Below are positions 12,381 to 23,742 of a stretch of DNA of 64,000 nt, in pieces. Position 1 is the first letter of the stretch. Each line of letters starts with the position of its first letter. The notes beneath the pieces are model-generated. The model did not search any database, had not been told where the DNA came from, and saw nothing but the letters and a program-made list of their open reading frames with translations. Where the stretch lies: contig OZ038379.1 in the NCBI GenBank assembly GCA_964036045.1, forward strand, positions 54,746,001 through 54,810,000. The letters are read 5' to 3'. Source of the stretch: Eutreptiella sp. 'Long Island Sound 2002' (lineage: Eukaryota; Protista; Euglenida). The translations under genes were made by a program, and so were the position numbers.

Positions 12381-14501
12381 ATGGCCCAAGTGGAGGCACA
12401 ACTGGCAGTAGCAGCTCTAGCACAAGCTTCAGCTGCTCCGCCAGCCCTGCCACCAGCCGTGGAAAGTCGCCCGCCGCCCGCTCGCCCATCCGAGGAGTCA
12501 AGCGACGACTCCTCAGATAGGCGAAAGAAGGAGAAGCAGGAGAAGAAGAAACAGAAGAGGCGGAAGAGGGAGAGGAGGGAGAGGGACTGGAGCCAAGGGC
12601 TGGGGGGGGGATACAGGCCAGCCGGGGGGGGGGGTTAAGGAAGAGGGGGAGGGGGAAGTGGTGGTGGACGAGGGGAACGTGGACGGGGAAGAGGGGGAGC
12701 AAGTTGAGGTTGTTGACCCCCCACTATGCGCCCCCCCCCCTCCCCTAGTGGCTCCTCAAAGCCCCAGGCCCCCAGTCCGCTACCACCCGGAAGGCGGGGG
12801 CGATCCCCTGGTCAGGCCAAGTGCTAGAGCGGCGCTGTGCGGGGGATAATTTGTTTTATCCTTTCCCGCGCATAGCCACATGACAATCATGTGGATTTTC
12901 CGGAGGTTAATCCGGTGTTTGATTCGCAGGAAGGAGGGGCAACATAGAGGCACCTGGGGTAAGGATGCCTCCAGGGGGGGCGGGTTTGGGTCTGCAAACC
13001 CTACCCTGGTGCCCCCCTCGCCCCCATGCCTGAGACCACCAGTGTGGGCAGCTTGCCGGCACTGAATTTGTTGTTTGACCCCCGCGCCATCCGTTTTCAA
13101 ACGGCGCACTACCAGGTGCTGCTGCAGCACTGGACCCAGCTGGGCTGGGTCAAGCAGTGGCGGCAAGGCGAGGCCGTCGCGTTCGGGGTCGACTAAGGCA
13201 CTGTCCTGGCCGTGCCCCGACCCATTTATGATCCGGGGCCTCAACCCTCATACGAGGGTCTCATCCCGATCTCCCGTAGCGCGAAGGCGGCCTCGGTGGC
13301 TGTGAACCTGGCCAAGCCGGCGGCCTAATCGGCCCCAACGGCCAGCGTGGCAGCCCCCGTTGAGGCCCCTACCGCAGCTTCTCACTTCCGAGATGCCATG
13401 GGGGCAGTGTAGGTAGCTGGCGCCAGTGCTACCTTTGAGGTATGGTGCCCGTTTGTTTTGCTTAAACTCTAGGTCGCCGGTATTAATTTCTCGAGATTGA
13501 TATTTAATTTCTGAAGCGCCGGTCGAAATATGGAAAGTTAAAGGTGAATATTAATGTCCAAAAAATAAAAAAGTCGCTAGAAAAATTAATTTCACACTTC
13601 TGTTGTTTTTTTATTCCATGTCTGCAGTTAGCCGACGTCGTGGTCAACGCGACGCATGCTATGCCCATCCGGGTGGCCTGGCGAGACGCCGAGGGATCCC
13701 AGGAAATACCCCTAGGGTCCCTCCACCGCATGGTGGCCCGAGACCCACCCTTAGGCCTTGCTCTCTTGCGAGGTCTCCATGACTGGGAGACCTCGCGTGT
13801 GGTGAGAGGCGGTGGGGTTTGCACGGGGGGAGGATGAGGAGTTGCGGGGGAGCATCGAAGGGGGTGGGGTGAGCGACGGGGAGGAGGGGGGGAAGGGGGG
13901 GGGGGCGTCCTCCGCCACCGCGCCAACCCCCCCCCCCCAAGCGAAGCCGCAACCCAACCCCCGCCAGCCTGCTCAAAGAAACGAAGGTTCTCCTTCGAGT
14001 CCCGGTCGGAGAGTGACGACGCGGGAATCCCCCGTGGCAAAAAGCCCAAACCCCCCGCCTCCACCCCCACCGCACGGCCTACGAAGGCTTTCGCCGCCCC
14101 CAAGCTCACCAACCCCCCCAAGACCGCCACCGCCCACCCCCCCAACCCCGACCAAGACCGACACCCCCAAGGCGGGGGGTGCAACAGCCGAGAAGAAGGA
14201 TGACCGTGCCGACGATCCGATTGTCGGGACGGTCGCCCGCGTCCCCTACCCCGCAGGGTTAGAGAAGGGCACTGTCCGCGCTGTCCATGGGCAGAAGCGT
14301 GGTGCCGTTTGCGTGGAATACCCGGGCGGCAACACCCTCTACGAGATGGCCTGGCACCTCCTCTTCCCCATCCCCGAGGAGGCCGAGCGGTACTGGGAAG
14401 AGGCCCGGTGGAGCAAGAAAAAGCCCCAATCCCCCGCCCCCACAAACGAAGAGACTAACCTCCCAAACCCGAACCCTACCACCGAACTCACTTCCCGCTA
14501 A
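12381..14501 (+). pseudogene. Downstream exons of element A: Lys/Glu-rich segment, 'GWVK...YDPG..SY.G' domain, 'DVVVN' exon and Tudor/KOW-like domain
   Basis: Introns 12171-12380 and 13440-13627 (GT-AG). Segments WTQLGWVKQWRQG...IYDPGPQPSYEG, LADVVVNATHAMPIRVAW and DPIVGTVARVPYPAGLEKGTVRAV...VCVEYPG...HLLF each have homologues in C and/or D. The Tudor/KOW label is inference. Confidence 0.65.
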
Positions 14502-15639
14502 CCCCGCATCCGGACCCACGAAGACGTGGGACCCCATTACGGGGTCCCATGAGTGTGACGGCCCGCATAGGGACCCAATGGGCCACAATGGCCATGCAAA
14601 ACATGCATGAACACACACATAATGCATTAGATGTTGTGTTGTGCCGTTGTTAGGAGGGTTAATATTTGGGGAATAGAGGTAATATTTGTGAGGTCGATAT
14701 TAATGCTGGTGACTCATTGATTTTTCACTTTTCAAATATTAATCCAAAAATTAAAAACAAAAATTAAAGCCGAGGACCATTTTAACATATGGAAACAACC
14801 ACATGGGTAGGACCCCCCCACCAACCCCCGGGGGAAAATGACACCCAAGCCCGTAAGGCAACCCATGGGGGTCATAAATTTCACGGCACACCCCGTAACC
14901 CCCCTTAAAAAATGCAAACTTGAGATTAACGTGTTAATTTTTGGCCAGATATTAACTATATTGGGTTTAATCTAGGTCACTAGGGAAGGCAAGTCTGCTT
15001 CGAAGGGCCTCAAAGTTAATTTTTGGTAGCTGCTTGGAGTTTGAATGTCACGACCCCACATGAGGGAGAAGGCGACGCCCCCCACACCATTAGGTTCCCC
15101 TGCGAGACCCCCCGCACCATTAGCTTCCCCTATCCCGTGACCATGAAGGAGGGTTTTGTGTCGGGGTAGGCGCCAGAGAATGAGGTTTTGATGGCTCCCT
15201 ACTGCCTCAAGAGCGGCCACTAGAAATGCCGCCATCCACCGTCCGGGCGGGGAGGGGGGTTCTGCAACGGACTTGTGTGTTGCTCTTGAATACCATTAGG
15301 CACTTGGGGCCACGCAATGAGTACTAGCTGGACCTTGCATTGCGCCGCATGCTCCACCATGCGGCTCGTGAGATTCGGTCGGGCGCCGAGGGGAGGGAAG
15401 AAGAGGTGCAGGGGGATGACGACGCGAGGATGGGGTCATTAGCGTGGAGTCGCGCCACGAGCCGCAGCCAAGGCACACCCGGATAGCCAAGCAAAGTCCG
15501 CGGCGCAGCCAGCCTGGGTCCATAGGAAACCCCCGTGCACCCTGACATGCCCCATTGGGTGCAGCAGCACCAGCACTAGCACCAGCACCAGCACACCTAG
15601 CAGCGTGACAAGCGAACAGCTTGACTTCTTGCGAAGCGA

Positions 15640-16440
15640 GACAAAATACTTGCTATGGCGGCGCGGAGGGTGGCGGAGCGAAAGAGGGATGTGCTGCAGG
15701 GTTAGGTGGACGCCCTGAAGCAACAGCTTTTTGCCCGTCGTCGGCAGAAAGAGGAACATAGAAGCAGTAACACTAGCAGTATCAGCAGCCGCAGCACGAG
15801 CTGCAGCATGCGGGGCGCACCCCACCCACACACACCCACCAACCCCGTGGGGATTCATTTTTCGCTTCTGAGCATGCAGGCATGGATGGGGGCAACCGAC
15901 CATCCGGGGGCAGCTGGCTGCAGCGGAGGGGTCCAGATACAGGGGACCACCGCTAACACGCCATTTGACACCGTTTTGCCGCACTTGGCGTCTATGTTGC
16001 ATTCCCACGCGCGTGTCCACGCCCGCTACACCGTGGCATGTGTAACACTAGCGCCCACAGACCCCAATTTCAGGATGCCCCTGGAGCTAGCAAGCCCATG
16101 GGCAGCCACCCGAGGGGGTGAAGGCAGCAAGGCAGTAGGCAACATGGGCACAAGAAGCCAGGACCAATGAGGCCAGTTGCGATGCGAGGCACCATGCCTT
16201 TCACGTTCACTATGGTATCCATTTGTGTGAACAATTTTCGCGCGAAGTTGGGGCGAATTTCTCACGAAATTCGCACGAAATTCACAACCAAAACAGATTT
16301 ATATGTGTGCTAGCATGTGGCCGTGAATGTGAACTTGCCGCAAATTTCGCGCAAAATTGGCACGAATTGATTGAACATTTTTCAATTTTGCTCCTGCAGC
16401 TTTTGCGCCATCGAATCATGATTCCAAGGGGTTGTGACGA
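15640..16440 (+). pseudogene. Uncharacterised coding remnant (ORF 15706-16170) followed by a probable intron (~16215-16396) filled with the GAATTTCG(C/T)ACGAA-type motif
   Basis: 154-aa ORF, GTATCC donor, CTCCTGCAG acceptor; motif shared with clusters at 2240-2400, 9450-9600 and element E. Confidence 0.35.
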
Positions 16441-17067
16441 CTAGTACTCCTGCAGTGCAGACATCCAACCCTTTGTGATAGTGACCCGTGAGTCCACAAT
16501 GCTTGGCTGAGGTCTACACATACTTGTGATTGACACAAAATAGAAGTATGGAAGGTACCATCAAAATCCCACAATTCTGGCACAACATGTGGTGTGTTCC
16601 ATCACAAAGCAGCATGACTCAAGGCGTGCTACCGATTTTTGGGTGGCGTGCAAACGAGGCACAATTAAATGGATCGCTGGGGTCCTGGGTATGGGGGCCA
16701 ACTTGGAACGGCTGTAGTACAAAGTAGCTTGACCTATTTGACACAACCGCCACAATATTTCTCCGAGTAGGTGAAAGAGACCAAAACTCGCGAGCAAGGC
16801 ATCTACCCACCCCAATCCCTCCGGGCACTCACGTGCACTAGTGCCGGCTTTGGCCGACTCATGAAAAGACTGTGCACTGGTGAATGTTTTTTTTTTTGCA
16901 CTTGCGGAGCCAATAAAAGTCGTTTCTCGCTTTCTGATGTCTCCAATGACCTATTGGTCTTCAATGGCCTTTATCCTCGGACGGTGAAATTGAGCACCAC
17001 ACATGTTCCAGTGCCTGACATAAGCTATGGAGTGTTATGTCACACACTTGACCTGGTCATTGGTGTG

Positions 17068-19700
17068 TTAGACACCTGACTTGTTTGTTGATGTGTGTGA
17101 TACCTTGCAGTGTGCGTGACATTTGAAAGGATATTGTGTACAGTGTGCATAATTGAAGTCACATGTGCACGCACATTGTATGTGCGTGCGAATTGCACGT
17201 AGTAGGATTGTACGTGCATTGTACATCGATTCTTGCATGCATGCATCGTGGATCCAACTAAGGTGTATCCACCTCACCATCCTCTGCGCAAAGGGGCTGG
17301 GCCCAAGGTAACCCATTACTTCATTGGCTCTGGCAGCGTTCGGGCAATCGGTTGCCAATGACAACTCATTGCTAGTGAGGACGTCAATAGGTCCCACGTC
17401 AAGTACGCTGGTGATAGTGTAATGTGGTAGCCTCCGAGATTGCTGGCTTTGTGCAAGTTTAGGTAGGATAGCACCAAGGTTAGGAAGGGTCGCCGGTGTT
17501 AGGGCATAGGCCTCGAGGACAAGTATCCGCCCACCCCTCAAGGTGGATAGGATTGGGATCAACAAAGGGTGCACGCTGGTGCAGAAGGTTTCTACGACCA
17601 CATTGTGTCTTGGACTATTGAGGCTTCTCCATACTTCCACACCCCATTCTTACCACGTCTCGTGCTCTAGGTACCGGAGTTTTTGCAGGGGAATGTAGGG
17701 TAGGGGCACGTTTTCTAGGCTGTGGACCCTCTCAGATACGATTTTGTGCTAGTTCCGTTGCATTTCGTGCTATAGATGCGCCATGTGTCAGACGTGTGAC
17801 ATGCACTCACTGTGGTGAGTGTTTTGGCTCTGGCGATCCAAGGTTTAGTGGTTGGTTCGATAGAGTGTGCCGATAGGGGCCATGGACTTCTCCATTGTAC
17901 GGTAATGGGTAATGAGGTCCTTGTTGTCTTGGCTCCTAAACCCAATGTAGCGACGGGGTGGGCCTTGCTCTAGATGTCTTATGTGTGCAGAAAGCGCACC
18001 CGGACACAACAGGGCAAGACACGAGCCAAGTTTAGGTCGGCACCGCCAATTTAAGGTGACTAGTCTGTGTGCCACAACAATAATGATCGCGAAAGTGCTG
18101 CACAATCGTACCACGCATGTGGCTTTGGTTAGGAAGCCACCTCACTCCGCATAGCCTCAAGCTTTTCTTCCACGTATGCATATGCCGGGAGGGCATCATG
18201 TTAGTCTAATCAACTGAGTTATGCCAATGATATGTTATTCAAGTACAACTCTTTCCATGCATGTGTATGGACACCCCTAAGACAACCGGCTGCATTTGCA
18301 ATTGTTGTTGTCACAAAAACCCGCATGGAGAAAGTTAAGACGCCACTGCAATTGCCTAACGCGGCATCCCGTTGGAAGGAGGTGAGGGGCATATTCAGTG
18401 ATGAGTGCCCGAAACACGCAACCGGCAGAGGATCCTTTCACAGGCCGCCGTTTACTAGCCCACTTCCCACGGCCACCCCCGCAACGCGCCGCCGCACGTT
18501 ATTCCCCGGCGGTGAGGGTGCAAGAAAGATAGCAAGGACCATCTATTCCATGAGAATGGGGTCAGGGGCACAAAGGACATAGATTGTATTCGGGTAGTTC
18601 TGGAAAGCCAAGAAACTCAAGGGCAACCCAACGTGGTCCGTTTGCATTGTACACCCTGAGAACAGCCATTTTGTCCCGTGCCACACTTCGAAAAGCAAAG
18701 CGTTTTTAGTCATGCCCTCTTTTTTTTTGTATGCGGTAGACATGCAACACACATCGTTTTCATACTTCTCCCATAAATGTCCACATTTGAAATTATTGGC
18801 AATATAATGTTAGGCGTTTGGCATGCCTGGGTGTGCCACAACAACTCATGCATGGTTTTTTTCCATGACCTCAGAAGGTCATCATGTGAGGTTACATTGT
18901 CCCTAGTGATGTCAAAGGTTTGCCATGGAGCCTTGAGGGAAACCGTCGTCCGGACGCTCAAGGGTGCACACACATGCTCCAGCTTCAGATTGAATTGTTA
19001 CAATGCGTGGACATTGTTCTCTGACCTACGTGGCTGCATCTTGCAGCTATGGGCCGAGAATGTCGACATTGGCGATGAGGGTCACATGTGTGGCGTGCCC
19101 ACAGAACCGAGTATGCAACGGCTCCATGATTGGAAGGATTGCAAATGCAGTTCCATTTATCCACCTGTCCCGTACCTCATTAGGGTTGCGTTTGCTCTTG
19201 TGCTGATTAAAGTTCTCAATCCACAGAATACAGAGGCAAGCTGCGGCTAATAACACTTTGTCTACTGCACTTGCCTGTGCGCGGTGACAATCACATGCTC
19301 CTCTTGGGCATCAACTATGCCCAGCCCCCGAAGGGCTTTGCGTTGCACCTTGGTTAGGTGCGTCAACGCCCGTGGGGCTTCAAGCCGCACACCGTGTGGC
19401 AGGGCTTACCTCTGGTATGACGTGTGCAAGGTCCACAGACAACTCTGGAAGTGCCCAATCTAGTGGTTGGAAATGTCAGCTATACCCAATGATTCGTGCA
19501 ATCCAACCCATTTTTTACGGCAACCGTGGGTGCAATGCACATCAAGGAGGTGTTGCACAAATTTACGTGCCAATCCATTGTCCAGGGCATCTTTGATGAG
19601 ATGCTATGTGGAACCGTAGAGTTTTTCAGTTTACTTTCCCATAACTGTTGAATGTATTCTGCCCACGCATAACGAGGCTTCACGGACACCGATTGACCAA
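17068..19700 (-). pseudogene. Possible highly decayed non-LTR retrotransposon 3' region
   Basis: Minus-strand fragment LTKVQRKALRGLGIVD (~19310-19365) resembles the GGLG..D motif downstream of L1-type RT domains; 190-aa ORF 17068-17640; no YADD motif found. Confidence 0.22.
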
Positions 19701-20626
19701 TGAAAAACCGAGCACTGCATGAGAATCATGACAGGTGTCTAACAAGTGCGTGACACAGCACGTTTCAGACGTGTGACACGTAGTGACACCAACTGGGCTA
19801 AATATGCGTATTGTGAAAACCCCATGAATTCAATCTTTGATTGCTGTGTGTTTGAAACATTTGAAGTGTGGTAGGAATCATTGAACAAGGCAATTTTGTG
19901 AAGCCGCCGAGGACAATCATTTTAAGGTCTATTCTCGCAAAGGCCGAAAGAACCCATGTTCAGCAAATTAATGGTTGTTTTTCTTTTTCCAGTAAGCTGC
20001 GGATAGCCAACTGCCACAAATTGCCGTGCCATTACATATTCACGCCAAGAAGTCCGCATGTGCAAGATTCTCTCTGGGTCATTTTTTCCCAGTATCTTGA
20101 CATGTTACCTTTTGTTTTAATTCATGCTTTTCTTCTACTCCATTTTTGGAAGTGGATGCCTGTTGGACGAAGTTGAATGCTCTCTTCCAACATTCCGCAA
20201 TCTTGTGGAAAGGCTTTGACTGTTTTTTGTGTCATTTGCACATCATTGTTGTTGGTGTTTCGGTCCTTTTTCTGTCCTTCCGGCCCGGTTCCTGTGACAT
20301 TTGCCTCTTTTTCGCAATGGCAAGACCAATTTCTCTTGCAACGGAGCCTACTCATTCGATTGCTGGTGAAATGGCGAACCCCTTGGTTACTAGATTTTTC
20401 CCTCAAGATCCTAATGACCTGGAGGAGCAAAGAATGACCGTACCAAAAGCGGGACCCGAGAAGGTGATGCGAATGACTGTATGACAGTGAGGAGCTGGTG
20501 GAGGAACTTCACACTGGTGAAATTGCGGAGACCGGCACCCTAGCATCAAAGCGAGATGTGGCACCTTCGGATACGCATGATGCTCGTGCATGAGCCTCAT
20601 GTCAGGCACTCATTGAGTCATAGAAT

Positions 20627-21400
20627 TTGCCGGTACTCGATAACGATGACGATGACGATGTTGGAATCAGAGAAGACAATGTAGATGAGGTTGTTGTCAA
20701 GATGCTCAAAGGCGCTCCAAACACACCGACGATAGACATGATATCCTTGGTCATGCTTGATTGGGACAAGATTGATCCACACCACGTCAACAACGTCACC
20801 CTTGCCATGTACCATAGACAAGACCTTGGACCCGTAGACTTTTTGCTGAAGGACCGTGGAAGTATGTCTTACACTTTGTGTTTGTGTGAGACGTCTGACA
20901 CATGAGTAATGATAATTTTTTGACACACACTTGACATGAATGATATTGTCATTGCCTTTTCTTCTAGCTGGATGGTGCGGGGTATTAGGAGCCCCACATT
21001 CTTTGGCAAGTTGTTTTTGATTTGGTAAACACCTTATCAACGAGCAACATCACAAACGTGATAAGCTTCATGATCGTTATGAATACGTCTTGGGGCGTAT
21101 CTTGGCAGTGGACAGTAGCTTGGAGGACCGTGAGGCTGCAGTAGGGGCCCGTCAGCGTTCCCAACACAACACAAAGGAGCAGACTCTTTCATCTGGTGGG
21201 GAATCGCAATGGTGTTTGCCGAAAACAAAAGCAAGAGTATGGGATTGCTTTTCTGTCGACGAAAGACCTCTTTGCAGCAATGCTCCACAGTGGTTGGTCG
21301 ATTGCGATCCATGGTTGAAAACTTCGGGCGGAGAAGAAAAAAGTTTGCGGGAAATGCACAAATTGACGATTTGGACTATGCAGATATCAAAATGGTGGTA
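20627..21400 (+). pseudogene. ParB/sulfiredoxin-like domain exons of a larger decayed multi-exon gene (~20400-24700)
   Basis: Exon GIREDNVDEVVVKMLKGAPNTPTI..., then GT-AG intron 20862-20967 that preserves the frame into GWCGVLGAPHSLASCF*...LEDREAAVGARQRSQHNTKEQTLS. VLGAPH resembles the ParB-fold (V/I)xGxH motif; one TGA at 21018. Confidence 0.45.
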
Positions 21401-23082
21401 TGTGCTACTCATGCCGTGTTCTTTTTTGTCAGACTCCCAACATAACGTGTCCTTGTTTCACTCGTGGCATGGTCCATAACATTTTTTTACATTTCATAGA
21501 AGCGAGAGGTGAATAGGACATTTTGACCATTGGCACACTTTGTGGCCTGCAGTTGCGCTTCTTACACGTTCCTAATGAATGTGACGAACTTCAAGAAATC
21601 CACCGAGGTTGTACGGATTGCTAGATTCGGAGAGCACGCCAACCTTTTTCCGCCGAATGATTGTATGGAGTTTGTGGGCTGGATGGATGAAGTGGGAAGT
21701 GCAATCAACAATGAAATGAATGCAAAGATGAAGGGGATCAAGAATCTTAGATTTGCAAAATACCATGTGCTGCACCCAAAGAAAGAAGTCCCTGCTTCCA
21801 AAAGTATGACTGTGCAAGCTTTGCAAGCATGGTATAATCTCATGTCAGATGTCTCACACAATTCATTACTCTGTCTAACAAACACTGGATACATGCGTTG
21901 CCCTGGCCTAGAAGCTTGCCATGAAGACGCTGGCAATCGGACGTATTGATGTCCATGCTGATAAGTAAATGAGGCGCAACAATGTCTTCCCACCCATCAA
22001 TAAGGTGCTGTTGTATGACTTTTTGAAGTGAAGTGGCATCAAGGATACTCGTGAAGAACTCATGGGAAGCACTACCAGAAAGCTAGCGGTTGCTGCATAA
22101 CAATGTAGGGCACAAGGACAAAAGGATCAAAATTACGATGTAAACTCCTTCCGAATCAGAGCATAAGTAGCAAAGAGGGGCCGCAGAAGGATAGTGCGGT
22201 CTGCAATACAACGCTTCAATGATTTATCAACAAAAGTAATTGGAAAAAGACAGCAATTTGGCTATGTAGTGTGAAATTAGCACTTGATATGCCCTCTTTT
22301 GTGTGTAATGGCCTGTTTCGGAATTAGGGTCAGGTAGGTAGGGCCAAAAACAGGATATGGCTTCGCTAGCTTGGCCAAGCAACTAAATTCAGAATCAGTG
22401 ACAACATAGGACCACAATAAGTAAATGAAACATTTGAGTCTCTAGGTCCTGAGGTGGGAGACCACTCGGCTTAACCTTTAAGGGGAAATGCATGAAGTGC
22501 CTACTTTTTTTTCGGTATATACCACCATGAAGGAAGAGACCTCCGCTCCATTGAGTGGTAGGGGTGACCTTCATGTGGGGGCCAGGGTTATTACCCTAGT
22601 TACCTTGAAAAATGTACTCAATGCTTCAAGAGAATAACGGGAGTGATGCAATGTTAGTCTTCTGTCACTTTCCAACGGAATGGATGGCGCTTGGCCGAGA
22701 AGAAGTACCCCACAAAAGACGTGGCTAGTGACTTTTTCTTACTCACTTGAATTGACAGGTCCCACACAAGGCATTTGCTGGATACAAGATCGAATTGCCG
22801 AGCGTTTGCATTCGGCTTGCGAAAAGCGCAATGTCCCAAAGCTCTACCCGGTCTGCTCACAATCTCAGCAAACAGACCACTGGCAACAAAAGATATTACT
22901 GGAACTGAATGAAATAAAACTGTTGACAACTTGACCGTTCAACGACAGGACTGACAAAAATTGGGACTCAACATCTAGCCTCGATTATGCTGGCGGATTC
23001 AGCATGTAGATCCTCTTTCACACGCACCTCAATAGCCTGGTTGACTAGCGGGATACATGGCATGCCCTTGTGATCGCGATGC

Positions 23083-23742
23083 ATGCCACGGCTGCTAGAC
23101 CGGCTAGTGGCCTTTGTCTGTGAGAGGAATGTTCCCCTAGTGATCTTTGGGTTTCACGAATATGCTCGGAAAGCTGCTCAGCAGCTGCAAGCCTTCGCCA
23201 ATGATGTTGTGGTAGCGTATGGTATGTATTCCCCCCCGAAGACAACGAGGAAAATCTTACAATCCGAAGTCAACACTACTGATGATCCCGTATATGGTAT
23301 TATGTCTCGCACTTCGAAGACTGTTGAGGCCCCGTACTACATTTCACAAAGGGTTGCTGGCATCCGCAATTCTGTGGTGACATTTCTGTGTGACAAGTTG
23401 GGTTCTGGTCCATTGGGTGAGGTGACTCCTCATTGGTGGACTGAAGACAATCCTCTTCATTCCGCAGGGAGGTTGTTGTGTTACCGACATTGGGTACTGT
23501 GTGGCTTCACTACTCCACTACATGCCACCTTTCCAAGTGGGGCTTCTGTGCCCCTGGTGCAGTGTGGTGCGCGGCGCCTCGAGAACGAGACGGATCATGA
23601 CACCCACCACTGGTGGACCAATGAACCGCCTGATTTTGGTCACAGGCACCGTGTCTTGTATCAGCGTGTGACTCTCACTTCAGCATCTGTGGTGGCCCAG
23701 CCAACCACCGAGCAAAAGGCCGAGGTGATGCAGGATCAATGA
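23083..23742 (+). CDS. Hypothetical 219-aa ORF, probably an exon of the decayed 20400-24700 gene
   Basis: Long non-repetitive ORF with ordinary globular composition; no family recognised with confidence. Confidence 0.35.
   Translation: MPRLLDRLVAFVCERNVPLVIFGFHEYARKAAQQLQAFANDVVVAYGMYSPPKTTRKILQSEVNTTDDPVYGIMSRTSKTVEAPYYISQRVAGIRNSVVTFLCDKLGSGPLGEVTPHWWTEDNPLHSAGRLLCYRHWVLCGFTTPLHATFPSGASVPLVQCGARRLENETDHDTHHWWTNEPPDFGHRHRVLYQRVTLTSASVVAQPTTEQKAEVMQDQ

Larger units (their letters stand above)
9890..14985 (+). mobile_element. Element A: full-length 5.1-kb TIR DNA transposon (CCCT...AGGG ends, AA target-site duplication)
   Basis: Left end CCCTGGTGACTCAGATTAAAGTCAATATGGTTAAT vs reverse complement of right end CCCTAGTGACCTAGATTAAACCCAATATAGTTAAT (29/35 identical); AA at 9888-9889 and 14986-14987; internal transposase. 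Confidence 0.88.

Noticed and set aside
23083-23742. DNA methyltransferase call (FLCDKLGSG, WVLCGF)
   Set aside because: No DPPY/NPPY or FxGxG motif intact; kept only as a hypothesis in the findings.
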